DNA of 64,000 nt from Eledone cirrhosa (lineage: Eukaryota). This document shows, piece by piece, positions 13,638-27,731 of the stretch. The position numbers and the translations under genes were made by a program. Below the pieces are notes generated by a model. That model was not told the origin of the DNA. It saw nothing but the letters and a program-made list of their open reading frames with translations, and did no database searches. Numbering within the stretch: the stretch's first letter is position 1; the number at the start of each line of letters is the position of its first letter. The DNA lies in the NCBI GenBank assembly GCA_964016885.1, contig OZ024754.1, positions 18,848,001-18,912,000 of the forward strand, read 5' to 3'.

Positions 13638-14449
13638 TTATATATATATATATATATAGTTATGTAATAAACACCATAAGACTATTATTCCATTTACCAA
13701 AGGTTTCACTAAAGACAGACGAGCTGAACACAGACGTCTGAAATCACTCACCAGAATGAAAATTAAAATTTAATATGGACGTAAGATATGAATTTAAAAA
13801 CAAAGGCTAGAACAATTGAAAGCGAGGCTGACATATAATATAAAATAAAGATAAGAAATAAAATAAAACAAAATAACGGGAAAATAGAACGTAAGGTTAT
13901 GGGGGAAATTAATATATATATATATATACACCCACCCACATATATACTTATGCTCACACACATACATACACATAAACATACGTACATACATACACATAAA
14001 CATACGTACATACACACACATATATACATACATACGTATATGGTGGCTGCCAACTCGTTTTCGAGTACGGCCACTACTTTATATCCATGTAGGAGAACCC
14101 CTACCGATGCACTGAACGAGTGTGACTTTTTAGTCCAGCCAGGGACTTGAAAACTCTGGTACAAACACTAAACTTGTGACAATTATTGACACTTAGTGCT
14201 GGGCCCATGGTACCATGTGATGACAAGTGCAGAGAGATCTCCAGATATAAAGCAATGCCTGTGCCGTGAAGCTTTTATAGTGAGCAAAGGCACTGCACAA
14301 AGCCAGTCCCACTCTCTTAACCAAGATGATATTTACCAAAAAGAAGAACAAGTCAACATCATACACATACATACACACACATATACATGCGTGAGTATAC
14401 AAACATAAGCGCATTTCGGGATATATGTATCCAAACGTCAAGACAGGCG

Positions 14450-14518
<69 letters not shown>

Positions 14519-14552
14519 TAATAAATGGAAACTATATTTATAAAACCTTAAT

Positions 14553-14618
14553 TATCTTATTATATATATTTCAAGGGCAATCAAGGCAAATTATGGTGCG
14601 CTTTCATCAGATAAAATA
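14553..14618 (-). ncRNA. Type I hammerhead ribozyme (inverted copy)
   Basis: Reverse complement reads tattttat-CTGATGA-aag..ctt-GAAA-TATATA-TA-ataagata. Confidence 0.75.
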
Positions 14619-14663
14619 TAGATTTTTTCGGGTATATCAATATTTATTTATAAAACAAATCTA

Positions 14664-14729
14664 TATTTTATCTGATGAAAGCGCACCATAATTTGCCTTG
14701 GTTGTCCTTGAAATATATATAATAAAATA
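14664..14729 (+). ncRNA. Type I hammerhead ribozyme, canonical core
   Basis: tattttat-CTGATGA-aag..ctt-GAAA-TATATA-TA-ataaaata: 8-bp stem I, palindromic stem III, AUA cleavage triplet. Confidence 0.8.
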
Positions 14730-14860
14730 AATATGGTTTTATAAATATAGTTTCCATTTATTAATATATTGTGTATTTACTCCACTAAACTGTTGAATGC
14801 TTTATATCAGTTATAAAAAATGTTAAGATTGTTGAATCCCAACAAATTAAATATAACCTC

Positions 14861-14899
<39 letters not shown>

Positions 14900-14902
<3 letters not shown>

Positions 14903-16145
14903 AGAATAAGATCAACAAAACACGGCACCTTAGCACAGATACATCTAGACCCGACAACAACACTAATAACTTTAACATCCCCCTAACAGCACCAAATAGT
15001 GGCAGCCCCGGCAGACGAAACCCACGTAACCAAGGCGTGACTGGAGAATATACCGGTGACCCAGACGCGTCACTCACCGGCAACAGAACGGGCTGCTGCG
15101 TGCGGAGTGATAATGGTACAACACCGCACGCCTGGAGATATAATAGTACCAATGACCGAGTTAGAGACATAGATCACAACATAGGTAGCAATAGTAATAG
15201 CTTTATTTCAGGAACTAGGAGCGACCGTGACGGAAAATGCAACTGTCGTGACAGGGGAGGCTGCCCTCTCAGGGGAAACTGCCTGACTGATAAGGTTATT
15301 TATAGGTGCAACGTAACTAGCCATAATGGAGTTAAACACTATATAGGAGCCACCTCTGGCCAGTTTAAAACGAGATTTAGAACACATCTCCACTCTTTCA
15401 GGAACAACAAACTAAGGCACTCCACATCACTTGCCAACTACATCATCACATTACAAGACGCCAAAATCAATTTTCCACACACTGGGATATTGACGGTAGG
15501 GCTGCACCCTACAACTTCAGAGGGAAATGCCAGCTCTGCCTTATGGAGCTGTACTACATCATGAGAACACCCCACGAGCTCATAAACAGCCGAGCGGAAT
15601 CAGTCATAAATTGTAGACACCGGGTTCAGGCATGGTATTTTGCCTGGGAAGCGACTGCGACATGAAAACTACGAACTGGGTCCCCCTGCCCTAACCATAA
15701 CAACCCGGTGGACAGGCGGTATAAACAAACATCTGTGAACCAAATGTACATCGCAGACAATGGTCTAACAAGCATTAGTGAAGCAACACCCACTAAATAA
15801 TAGATGTAAATCCCAGACCCGTCTTGTACTGGCACTAGTGAAACAACACCCATAATATAAAAATGCTAAACACCATCATAAGAACAGGTATAAAAAACCA
15901 AATGGGACCAGATTGTCTAAACACCGACCAGAGTTACTCCCCCTGCTCTGCGATAATAACAACATATGCATGCAGGTGAAGAATGAACTCTGATATTAAT
16001 TTAACCGTGAAATCCCTCCTGGGTCTTGTATTGATCATTTTTTTTGTTCCCCATGCCCTTGATAAGCCCATTCCGGGCGAAACGTACGTAGGCGCACTGT
16101 TATATAAACATGTTCTAATGGTTTTAAACTCTTTGTATTCATTTC

Positions 16146-16148
<3 letters not shown>
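14900..16148 (+). mobile_element. 5'-truncated Penelope-like element: linker, GIY-YIG endonuclease remnant and 3' UTR
   Basis: ORF 15037-15564 contains CNCRDRGGCPLRGNCL, VIYRCNV..YIGATSGQFKTRFRTH. Frameshifted near 15475. Bounded by (TA)n on both sides; same family as 59968-61879. Confidence 0.85.
16054..16096 (+). ncRNA. Minimal type I hammerhead, U3-A8 variant, in PLE 3' UTR
   Basis: tgccc-TTGATAA-gccc attcc gggc-GAAA-CGTACG-TA-ggcgca. Confidence 0.75.
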
Positions 16149-16205
<57 letters not shown>

Positions 16206-16207
<2 letters not shown>

Positions 16208-16465
16208 TGGGGCGGGTAAAATTCCCGAGATCCATGGACGAGTTCTCTCCAGCGGTCTCTGTCCCTCATTATCCCTGCCATGTCCTGCGTCTCCAACAGA
16301 CCAGTATCTGTCCTTAGGGATCAACATATGTTAACCTCGGTCTTCCTCTTCCAGTGTGTCCATGTAGGGGCTCCCACAGGAGCACTGAGTGCAGTGTCAA
16401 CTCTGGATGTCGGTGAGCATGTCCAGCTAACCTCAATCTCCTCTGTGTCACTTTTGAGCTGACTT
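16206..16465 (-). mobile_element. RTE-like LINE 3' fragment
   Basis: Minus-strand translation ends DTGLLETQDMAGIMRDRDRWRELV, typical of RTE C-termini. Confidence 0.6.
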
Positions 16466-16499
16466 TTGGGAGGGTCCTATACAACTCTGAGTTTATATA

Positions 16500-17004
16500 T
16501 ACATATAAAACAATGGGTTATTTAATTTGTTGATTATTGAACAAAGTTAATTTGTGACAGATTAGAAGCACTCAACAAATTTCGTGGTGAGTGGAAGGCG
16601 TGATGAGTAAAGAAGAAGCTCAAGGTGGTTGAGAAGGAATGTTAATCCAGTTAAAAAGTAGGTGCGATTTCAGATGCGGACAATATCTGAAGATCTCGGT
16701 CTTAGAGTTGAGGAAAGTGGAAGGGGCTTTCAAGTTTTGGAGAATTCTAAATTTTTCCGTGGTGCACAAAGAACATTTCTTTGTGCCCCTTTGGTATTCT
16801 CTTGAATGGTCTAAAATAGACCAATCAATAGTGTACGGAATGTTTTTGTCTTTGAACTCCCACACTTTATTTGCAAGCGCCGTTGCTGTTCTTTTTTCAG
16901 GGTGTTAAACTTGAAAGCCCCTTCCACTTGCCTCAACTCTAAGACTGAAATCTTCAGATGTTGTCCGCATCTGAAATCACATCTACTATTACTATTATTA
17001 CCTT

Positions 17005-17045
<41 letters not shown>

Positions 17046-17262
17046 TTATCTTCCTTTTCGCCTCTTCTTCGCCCGTTTTTTTCTCAGCCTCACTTTCATG
17101 TTTCTTAAATTTTATTTTCAAATTCATATTTAATAAAAACACCATGTTTTTTTTTATTCATTCTGGCGACTGAAAACAGATCTAGCATCTGCTTTCAAGA
17201 AACCACTGGTAAATGAAATAATTGTCTTATGTTGTTTATTACATAACTAATAAGCTCTGTAG

Positions 17263-17265
<3 letters not shown>
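16500..17265. mobile_element. PLE endonuclease C-terminal fragment (minus) with short inverted copy and 3'-UTR piece (plus)
   Basis: 16620-16905 minus: TALANKVWEFK...KCSLCTTEKFRIL...LNSKTEIFRYCPH. 16908-16986 is an inverted copy of ~16657-16735. Confidence 0.8.
17157..17217 (+). ncRNA. Degenerate type I hammerhead (A6G)
   Basis: ttcatt-CTGGCGA-tgaaa.cagat..atctg.tttca hairpin-GAAA-CCACTGG-TA-aatgaa; the core mutation probably inactivates it. Confidence 0.6.
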
Positions 17266-17321
<56 letters not shown>

Positions 17322-17324
<3 letters not shown>

Positions 17325-18612
17325 CAAAAATAAATGGAGGAGAAGGCAATACATTTAAAATCAAAATTTACTCCTTACACAGTGTTTCATCTAAGGCATA
17401 ATATCAATATAACATGTCTATATATATGTGCGTATGTGCGTATGTATTATTTTACAGAATATGTTCTTATCTTCAGAGAAGAAACATAATAGTCTTTAAT
17501 GATGTTGCTGGAAGTAGTCTAATCTATACAACAGCAAATGAAATTTACCATTACTGGAATAATTATTTCTTCAGAGGAATACTCAGAGGCAAGCATACGT
17601 CGGAGTTCATACTGACCGAATAATTTTAAATAAGGACTAACTTATAAATCTAAAATGGCGGTTACAAAGGGGCATAATTATTTAAGGGAAGTAACTATGG
17701 TGTATTTAAGTAAAAAATTAATTATAACTAACCAAAGTTAAATGACATTGATAGAGTAGATGTTAGGTGGTGTGATGTGGGCCAAGGTGTACCCTCTTCA
17801 ATTAAATAACCAATTTTGAGCAGCAGTGATTTAGATATCCTGGCTAATCTATAGGAAATAGCTGATAGAGGGTCTATTTTAGGGTTGAGCGGGGAGAAGT
17901 TGAGATTGAATATTTAAGATGGCTATATGGGATCATAGACTCTATTAGAGAAAGATAAGGAAGTGTATGTGGGCAATTGATTACTGTTTCAGCTTTATTG
18001 TTAATGAGTGTAGGTAGGGAGCATATAATATAATATGCTTCCATCAGACTCAAATGACATTTCTTATTAAAGTTATAACCTATGACACTTCCCCTTAAGG
18101 ATGACAATGGTTCATTTTTATCAGACACAAATAACATTTCTTATTAAAGTTATAAGAGGTTGCTCTGTTTATTATACTCCATTGGGTTGTGTAACTAGTG
18201 TTGAATTCTATTAATTGAGTAATATAGTTTGCGAGAGAAGTTGAGAACTTGAGTTTTCTATTTTTAAAAGAATGGAGGTGGGATCTAAATCCAGTTTTGA
18301 ATTCATTAGAAGTAGCCCCTATGTAAGATTTAGTAATATTATCTGTAGTGACTGCATTTATAGATCATATTAGGCAATGACCTTGAAATGGACAGTTGAT
18401 AGGGGTCCTATAATTACAGTTCCTGTTGTTACTATTTACTATTATGTTCAGGTGATCATGTAAGCTATGGTCATTCGCATCTAAGCATGTGCTATTAGGT
18501 ATGCTATGCATGTTAGCGTTATAATCACTGCCGCTACGGCCACCATCATATCTGTTGCTAACAGTACAGGAATCGATATCACTATTATTATTACTATTAT
18601 TATTATTATTAT
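17322..18612 (-). mobile_element. 3' part of split Penelope-like element (Asn-rich linker, GIY-YIG, 3' UTR)
   Basis: Minus strand gives NCPFQGHCL, KSYIGATSNEFKTGFRSHLHSFKNRKLKFSTSLANYI. 17322-18112 is the inverse of ~34125-35133. Confidence 0.85.
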
Positions 18613-21050
18613 TTTTTTTTTTCCTTTTCCTTCAGTATTGTTTCTAATATATGAGAGTGTCTTCATGACACCTAGGGCAAATAAATTCATTGTATACATT
18701 GGTAAGCCAGTTAATATACCACATTCAATATAATTTACAGCTTATCATTCTTACAGAGGGATATCATTCTTACAAAGATAGTGCTCTGCTTACACATACA
18801 ACAACACAAGAGGGGGGGGGGGGGGTATCATTCTCAAAGAGATAGTGCTCTTCGCAATACGTGGGCAGTACCAGTCAAAACAATATTTTTGCGTGGGCAG
18901 TACCAGTCAAAACAATATTTTTGCACCTCTTGCAGAGAGGGTAAACCAGGAATCATCCTCAAATACTGCTCTGTTCCTTTCTTGATCATTCCCAGTGCTC
19001 CCACAACCACTGGTGTTGTAACGGCCTTAAGGTGCCACATTTTTTCGATTTCAATAAGCAGATCTTTATATTTTCTTAGCTTGTCAAATTCTTTTGCTGC
19101 GATATTGTGATCACATGGGATGCTCATATCAATCAGCAAACAAACCTTGCTATGTTGGTCTTTTACAATGATATCTGGTCTATTTGCTTTAATGGTCCGG
19201 TCAGTATGTACAGGAAAGTTTCTCCTTCAGTTACAGCCTCAGGGTGATGATTGTACCACTTGTCAGCAGCTTTGATTTTATAATGCCGACATATTACCCA
19301 GTGTAGATATTGGCCAACTCTGTCATGTCTATATTTGTACTCTACTGGTGCTAAAACTTTACATCCAGAAACTAGGCGGTCCACTGTTTCAACCTCAACA
19401 TAGCAGAATCAGCACTTTAGATTTACTCCATTTCTCATCATACTGACCTGGTAATTCCATGTCAGTAAGCTTTGATCTTGGGCAGCTAAGATGAAGCCTT
19501 CACTCTCTGCTTTTAGCCCTGGGCTACGTAGCCACTATGGGTGTGCTTTTGGTCAACATCAGTTTGTTTGCTACGGGCCACATATTTGCCATGCAGAGGT
19601 TTCTGCTCCCACTTTGATGCTAATTACTCTTGCCCTTTTGCTTTTGCCATTAATTTTATGTGCTTAGCAGAAACAATTGCAACAGTTTCCTCAGTCTGTC
19701 CAACCTGGGGATCAAGCATGAGATCAGTAGCATATTTTTTGCTCTCCTTCAAGATAGAATGAAGATTCTTACTTCAACAAGTTTCAACATACAGTCGTTT
19801 GTTGTTTCAAGGTATTTAGCCAGTCCAATAGTGGTGGTCTTGTAAGTAAGTTCAAATTGGATCAAGCCACGGCCTCCTTGAGTTCTAGGAAGGTAAAGAC
19901 GATCCACATCTGCTTTCGGGTGGTGCATCCTACTACAAGTCAGTAACTTACGGACTTTGGTGTCGATTCTTTTAATTTCACTCCAGTTCAACACACCGAA
20001 GCTATAAATGACAACTGGAACTGCCAAGGAATTTATGACTAACATATTGTTACGAGCGTTTAGTTCTGATTTCAGAACTACGCGTACTCTCTTGTAACAT
20101 TCCTTCCTTATCCTCTCTTTCATACTTGCATGCTGAATGCCAGAGCCCTCATTAATCCTTAAGTATTTAAAGGTTTGTTCCTGCTCAAGTTCTTTTATGA
20201 CTGTTTCAGCATCTAATTCAACTGAGTTTGAGTTGATAAGCTTCCACTTCTTGAAAGTAGCTTTGGAACACTTATCAAGTCCAAACTCCATCCGGATGTC
20301 ATCACTAAATGTTTTTACTGTTCGCAAAAGGCCTTCCAGCTCGTCATTGTCTTTGCAATATAACTTTAAATCCTCCATATGGCTTATTTTTTTGTTTTCA
20401 ATTTTGTAACCGTACCCTGTTCTATTAAGTTCGGATGTAAGGGATATTAAAGCTATGCAAAAAAGTAAGGGAGAAAGTGAGTCACCCTGGAAAATGCCAC
20501 CGTTGATGTTGATATTCTTAGAACTTAGTTCTCCATTGGAATGAAATAATTGACATATTGTGTTTCAGGAAGTTTGAAATCACAGGTGAGATTTTGAAGA
20601 TGTCCAATGATTTCAGAATCCATGAGTGCGGTATGCTGTCAAAAGCTTTTTTGTAATCGATCCGTGCAGAATTGAGATTTCTGTGTTTATTATGACAGTT
20701 CTCAAGGATCATACGATTAATCAAGAGTTGATCCTTACGACCATATGAACCTCGTCGCCCCCTTTTTTGTTCAATGGGGAAAAGATTGTTCTCCTCCAAA
20801 AACACGTATGCTTTCTCCATGAGAATAGAGGTTAATAGCTTATAAGTAGTGGACAAGCAGGTTATGGGCCGATAGTTTTTTGGATCCTTAGTTTCATTGT
20901 TCTTTGGGAGAAGGTAGGTAATGCCACTTGCTATCCAGTCAGGTGTATTTTTTTGGATCTTTCATAATTCTGTTGAACAGCTTGACTAATATATTGTGAA
21001 TACACGGACGTGAAGAAAGCCAGAAATTTGGCACCCTGTCTCTACCTGGA
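18613..21050 (-). mobile_element. 5'-truncated R4/Dong-type LINE (RT plus restriction-like endonuclease), decayed
   Basis: NYRPITCL, DYKKAFDS, GIFQGDSLSP, HPKADVDRLYLPR..GGRGL, YKYRHDRV, RPDII, LIDMSIP, KYKDL, PVVVGALG. Poly(A) at ~18613-18622; (TAA)n at both ends. Confidence 0.85.
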
Positions 21051-21294
21051 GATTATTATTATTATTATTATTATTATTGGCGACCTACGTAGTAAATCGT
21101 ATCATCGTGAGCTCCGCAAAGGTTTGTTATTTTCAGTTGTTTAAAATTGCCATTTATGGACAATTTTTATTGTTAACTGTATATAAGTGCACATACATTG
21201 ATTTCTGAAAAGGACACTCAAAAATATTGGGGCCTGGAACCTAAAATTTAAACTTTTTATAATTATCAAACAAAAAATTTTTCTTTGAAAAATC

Positions 21295-23223
21295 ATGGAT
21301 GACTCAGAGTCACTCCTTCCTCACAATCTAACACCTCACACCGACACCACCATTGTAAATATTGCTACGTTTGCCAACACTGGAAATGTAAGCAGTAAGA
21401 ATATTTTAAATTTGTCTCAGGCAGACGTTCATTTCCCGCCATTACCAATGACTGCAGGTGTTAAAGCCGCCACCCCCACCACCACCACAGCGACAACAGA
21501 AACAAAAGAAAAAATAAATTAACTCGTGATATCGAAATGAATTCAACCAAAATGAACTCTTCCACACCGAACTCCACTGACGCCACCACCACCACAACTG
21601 AAACTAAAATTAACAATAATAAAAATAACGATAACAACAACAGCAACAATGAAATTAAGAAAACTACCCTGAGTTTTTCCAGAGTAGCAATAACGTGCGA
21701 AGCGATCCAGGTAACTCAGGAGGAATTAGAAGAAGCCAAAGGAATGGTAAAGAAAGATGGGTACAGGGTTAGCCTCACCCCCCCCCCCACCTAATAAAAT
21801 GGAGCATCGTCGCCTATGCACCGTGTCTTATCGGACAATTAACATAAAATCGCGCCGAGTGGAACGGGCATCAGAGTCCCAAATCCAAAAAGCTTTGGGA
21901 CATGTGTGGGCAAAAAAAACCCACATCAGACGTGGGCAGAAGTATGGAACCGTGAAGGTGTTCTGTGAAACACCACAGGAGGCCAGAGAACACTCCATGG
22001 CCCCATTAAGAAGTGACGACTTCACACTCGTTCCAAGCTATTGTGGCCAGAGACTGTGAAGATCAGGGTGACCCACGTTCCACCGGCCATCGAAATTCCC
22101 TGGCTAATGGTTGCCGTCCTCGCCGGCATCGAGGCCAACACCAAGATAATTGAAATAGCGAAAGAAAAGCAGGAGAACTGGTCCGGATCTGGGATGGAGC
22201 TCCTGATCCAAGCGGACCATAAAAGCATTGAGGAGATCCCAGAGGTAATAGACCTCACTGACGGCAGCCACCTCACCGTAATCGTCGAGGGCAGATGGCC
22301 TAGGTGTGTCGTTTGTGGTGAAGGAACCCACCTAAGGGCTTTCTGCCCTCAGGCTAAAAGGTTGAGGCCACCTCTCTTACCCACCCCAGTGACTCAACCA
22401 TCAACACCACCAGCAGCAGAAATGGCAGCAACAACTGTAGCAGCAACAACAGAAGCAACTGTAACAGCAACAACCCCAGCAACAGTAGCAAAACCAACAC
22501 CACCACCACCCAACGCGCCAGAACTAGCACCAGCGCCTACACCATCCACCACGTCACAACCAAAACCAACGCATGTGGAGGATTTTCCACTACCCGGCTT
22601 ATCGCAACTGGAGACAGATTGTGACGACGAGGAGTGGGAAACGGTATCAGGAAAAAAGAAAAAAAGAAACCAAAAAAGAAAAAAATTCTCTTCCTTCTCC
22701 CTCCAAAAACAAAATACAAAGGGAAACAAATAAATTATCGAACAAAAAAGTTAGGACAGATATGCCACCATCCACACCGGCATCACCAACCCCATCACCA
22801 CAAATACCAACACCATCACCATCATTAACCCCAACACCACCATCACCTACACCACAAAAGTCACCAAAATGCGAAACAGAAACAAACCCACAACAAACGC
22901 AAACAAAACAAAACAACCAAAACGATACACACTACACAGCATTAAATTTGAACAACAACCAATTATTACACTACATCCAACACAACACCAGCATCACAGA
23001 AAAAGACTACACAACAACCCAAAAATTCACACCACCTCCACACATACAAATCACTCGCATCACACAGAAAACGTACATGACACTAAAACAAAAATTCCCC
23101 AAAGACATCGGAGACTTCCGACAAGCACTCTCCAGGAGGATTTATAAGGACATCCTTCCTGAGGAGGCCACAAGCAGTGAAAAGGATGGAAAAACCGTCC
23201 TTCCTCTACGAGAAGTAAGGTAA
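21295..23223 (+). pseudogene. LINE ORF1 (gag-like, CCHC knuckle), broken by several frameshifts
   Basis: Segments 21537-21794, 21757-22059, 22041-22733 and 22573-23223 align with ORF1 of copy 2; CVVCGEGTHLRAFC knuckle. Confidence 0.8.
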
Positions 23224-23257
23224 GTGGTCTTTCCCATCTTTTCCTCTGCTTTTCAAC

Positions 23258-26200
23258 ATCACTTCACTCAGAATAGGCAGCATAAATGCGCGTGGCTTGG
23301 GGGTCATCATGGAAGCAGGGCCACCTGCTCAACGACCTCAGGTCACTAAACATAGATGTAGAGGCCATCAGCGAGACCAGAATCTCCGAAGCACGGGCCT
23401 TCGCACCGATCTTCGGCGGCTACGATGTGTACGCATCTCCCAGCCGTCCGGGATCGGGGGGTGGAGTTGCTGTGCTTTTTCGGAGAGGTTTGGATCTCGC
23501 CATACGGGCCATCTTCCTGGACCCAGAAGGTAAGTTGGTGGTGCTGGACGTGACCAGCAGAGACGGGCAAACTTTCAGGTTAGTAGCCGTCTATGCCCCG
23601 ACAGGAGCAGGGCGGCCTGATTTCTTCCGGCGTCTGGAGACCTTTCTTGGAACGTCCCGCTCTTTAGTGTTAGTGGGCGACTGGAACGGGATCTTAGATG
23701 CACGCTGGGACTGTGTGGGATTAGTGGATAGGGGAGGAGGGTGCAAGAGTCTCACCAACCTGCTCAGGCGTTTTGAACTGTCTGACAGGTACCGATTGGA
23801 TTTCCCGAATGTACCAATGTGGACTTGGACAAATCGCATAGGGTCATCCAGATCATATCTAGATAGAGTATTTTGTAGGAAAATAAATAGGTCTAGCATA
23901 GGCTGTCCACAATTCAAGATAGTCAGCTACACGGACCACAAATTCGTGATCTGTATGCTTGACTTAGATAGGCTTCATAGACGAGGACCCGGCTACTGGA
24001 AGCTAAACGCGTCCTTACCAGCGCGCAAGGCCTACAGAGACCGGATTAGCGAACTAGTTAAGCGGGCGTTGACGGGTGCCATCGTCAACAAGAAGTGGTG
24101 GTTTGCTCTGAAAAGAGCAATTAGAATAGAGTCCATTAGGTTTAGTAAGGCTTTAGCAATAGAGAAAAATAGAGCAGAGGGAGAATTAGTTAGAAAATTA
24201 GACGAGGCGCTTTGCAAAGGCATCGCGACCGACGTACTTGCGGCGAAATTGGCCCTTGACCAATTCTTCAATGCAAAGCACGAAGGCTGCGTTGTCAGAG
24301 CTAGGGTGCGTGCTCTCAGACACGAGGGGACGAAAGCCGTTCAATGGGTCCGAGTGGCGGAGGCGCGTCGTGGCAACAAAGCCACGATCCGGTCTTTGGT
24401 GGACCACGACGGGCGCATGCTACTCGATCCCGGGAAAATGTGTGAAGCTTTTCAGCGACACTTCGCTCAACTGTTCGGGGGCAGCGGCGGGCCGGATCGA
24501 GAGATGGACTTTAGTGTCTACCTCGACGGACTGCCGCGGTTCTCGGCCACTGAGGTGAAGTGTTGCGAAAAGCCGATAACAGCCGCTGAAGTACGAGAGG
24601 CAATGACTGGCTGCACAAGGGGTAAATCACCTGGTTTGGATGGTCTGCCCTATGAACTTTACGTTCAAATGCCAGACTTGTTCGGAGGCCTCTTGGCGGA
24701 CGTCTACTGCAACTGGCAACAGAACGGGAGAATTCCCAGCTCTGTCAGCCGAGGAGCGGTGGCGCTGCTGAGAAAGGATCCGAACAAGGGGGATAACATA
24801 GATAATTTCCGGCCCATAACTCTGCTAAACACAGAGTTCAAGATTTTGGCCAAGGTGCTAGCAAAGAGGTTGGCGCTTGTCGTTGGTGGTCTGGTGGGAG
24901 AGGCGCAGACATGCGCCATTCCCGACAGATCCATCCACGACAACCTCCACCTCATAAGATACACCGTAGAGAGGGTAGCTAGGGAACCTGGCACGGGTGG
25001 GTCCTTGATCAATTTAGATCAGTCGAAAGCTTTCGATAGGGTCGACCATCGTTACCTAGCGGCAGTCCTGAGGGCGGCTGGCTTTGGGCCCGTCTTCAGA
25101 GGCTGGATCGCTGCCATGCACAGCGACATCTGCTCTGTGGTGAGAGTGAACAGTCACCTTTCGGAACCGTTCAACATCATGCGCTCGGTCCGCCAAGGAT
25201 GTCCCCTCTCGCCCCTCTTGTACGTATTGACTCTCGAGCCATTACTGCACAAACTGGAGACGTTGAGGGGGCTCCCGCGCGAACTAGGATGCGGAAGATC
25301 CGTGTCAGCATATGCGGACGATGTCACCGTAGTGGTGTCGAACGCCAAACACATCGAGGCGATCGGCACTACACTAAGAGAATACGAAGCGGTGACAGGA
25401 GCAATGATCAACCAGGAAAAGTCAGTGGGTTTGCAGCTCGGCACCTGGAGAGACAGGTCCATGCCGTCCAACAGCGTCATCGGGCGCTGGACGGACGGAC
25501 CGGTTAAATTGCTAGGGGTCTGGTTCGGTCCGGACCTCCAGACGGACAAAAACTGGGACGAGGTGACGAGCAGGGTGGCTTATCTCACCCAGAAATGGGC
25601 CGAGAGGAAGCTATCCCTGAAAGGTCGAGCGGAGGTGGCTAACGCGTTCATCGCGTCCGTCATCTACTACCGCCTGACCATCGTACCTTGTCCTAAGCCC
25701 CGCCTGACTGCGCTGGAGCGTTTGCTCTTTTGCTTTTTGTGGAAGGGACGCGCTCCGATGGTCAGGCGGTCCATCTGCTGTCAACACCCGCTACGTGGAG
25801 GGCTGGGAATGCCGTGGCTGATGATGCGCAGACACGCGCTCAGGCTACGACATCTCCACCTCTTCCTCGACGGTGATCAGGTGTGCTCGCCGTTTGCTAG
25901 ACACGTATTTCCCCAGCTCGTCTCCTTGACGGAGCTGCATTCCTGGGTCAAGCGAAGACCGAGAGGGAGCGCTTGGAGACTGGAATGTCTTCAGGCGCTC
26001 ACAGCCCTCGACCAATCGGGCAATGTGATCGGTGGAAACTCCACCTTGGCGTTCTATAGAGGATTAGTGGAGGGGAAGAGCGACGACGTACTTGGAGAAA
26101 CTCTAGGCGTCGACGAAAATCAACTAGCCAATCTCTTCGGACGGACTTTCGGGCCAGGGCCTATGGACAACTTCCAGAAATCCCTGGCCTGGCAGTGCTA

Positions 26201-26677
26201 CCGGGGAGCTTTGTCAGTTCGGGATAATCTCTACAGGCATGGAGGTGCCGTCAGCCGGGCATGTCCGAGATGCGCGCAGGGCGACGAAACCGTCCTGCAC
26301 GCACTCGTCCAGTGTCCGAGCATTGCTGACTTGTGGGTTTATGTGAACACCTGCTGTCACGTGTAGGACGTATCCAACTATCAGCTGAGTCCATCGTGAG
26401 GATTGCCCCGCCCTCTTCCTTTAGCCGGGAAGGGAAGGCAGTTTTTATCTGTCTGGTGGCCATGGCGAAAGAGATAGTATGGTGGACACGTTTGAAAGGG
26501 CTGAAGACGAGCACTTACCTCTTCGGTGATGCCCTGATTATCCTTTTCAAATTTCATTTGAAAAGGAAAATCAGGGTAGAGAGGGAAGTGCTCTCTTCCC
26601 AGCATTTTGTTGAAAGATGGGCGGGAGAAGCAAGTATGGCCCGAGTGAATGGGCCTACTCTGAGTACGTGTCTGTAA
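23258..26677 (+). pseudogene. LINE ORF2: APE endonuclease, reverse transcriptase, CCHC finger
   Basis: ISETR, VYAP, GDWN, YTDH; SPGLDGLP, DQSKAFDRV, RQGCPLSP, YADD; CPRC..ETVLHALVQC. ATG is replaced by ATC; frameshifts near 23300 and 26345. Confidence 0.93.
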
Positions 26678-27731
26678 ATTAAAGGTGGAAAACTGGGAGA
26701 GGGCACTTGCCCTGGTGGTCAGGGTCACTGTGGTCTTTTAATGGGCTTTCTCCACATATGTCCCTCGGAAGTCTCCCTCCTATTGGGGAATTTTTCTTTG
26801 TTATTTTATTACATCCTCTGTTTTTTTTTACACGCAGAAATGCCCATTTGTACCGTCCTGTATTGTCCTGTACTGTCCTTAATGTCTACTTTATGTAAAC
26901 CCTTGTGGTTAATAAAGAAAACAAAAAAACATTATTATTATTATTATTGAATGCTATGGTTGACGGAGGCTCGGCTCTGTAAGGTATTGTAAATTTTGAA
27001 CTCTATAACAATTGTAAATTGTTTAAAACTTTAACGAACTTGTAGACAAAAACACCCTCCTCCTCGTGAGAGGGGTCTTTCTGCCTGTTATTTGGCCCTT
27101 CGGGTTAAATAACTGCTTATTAGGGTTTTGTGCCCAATATTTATTTTAAACAAAAAAAACAACATGGCCTCGAAAAAGAATTTTCATAGGTCACTCCCAC
27201 TCATTCCGTCTTCTTCTTCCTCAATCATCACTACAGCAGAGAGAAGATTGTCTCTCTCCCTCCCTTCTTTAAATGTGTCTCTCTCCCTCCCTTCGCTTTC
27301 GCAAGCGACGACAGAAAAAAAGAAAAGTCTCGTGCAAAGCGTGCAAGATTTCTCCACGACGACGACGACAATGACGAAACAGGTGTGCGGGGAAATACGA
27401 AAACCCATTTCATTCGTCTGACGTCAGGAATAATAGCAGTAGCAGCCGTAATAACAACAGCAACAGTGATAATGAAAACAACAGTAGCAGCCGCAACAGC
27501 ATCACCAGCAGCATAAACAACAACAGCATTAGCAGCAGCAACACCAACAACAACCACAGCAATAGTGGCGGAGGTAGTAGTCGTAGTACCTGCAGCAACA
27601 ACAAAAGTAACAGCAGCTCTGACGACAACAACAACAACAGCAGCAAAGAAAAACCAATCTCATTTGCAGGTATTGCGAAGAACCTGGAAACAATCCTCAT
27701 AACAAATGAGGAATTAGAGGAAGCGAAGAAG

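Larger units (their letters stand above)
14511..14770. repeat. ~260-bp imperfect palindrome carrying two divergent hammerhead motifs
   Basis: Arms ~14511-14625 and ~14657-14770 are reverse complements. Confidence 0.9.
21079..26930 (+). mobile_element. Full-length Tx1/L1-type LINE, copy 1, frameshifted
   Basis: Starts directly after (ATT)n at 21052-21078. Has ORF1, APE-RT-CCHC ORF2, AATAAA at 26911 and an A-rich tail, then (ATT)6. Confidence 0.92.
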
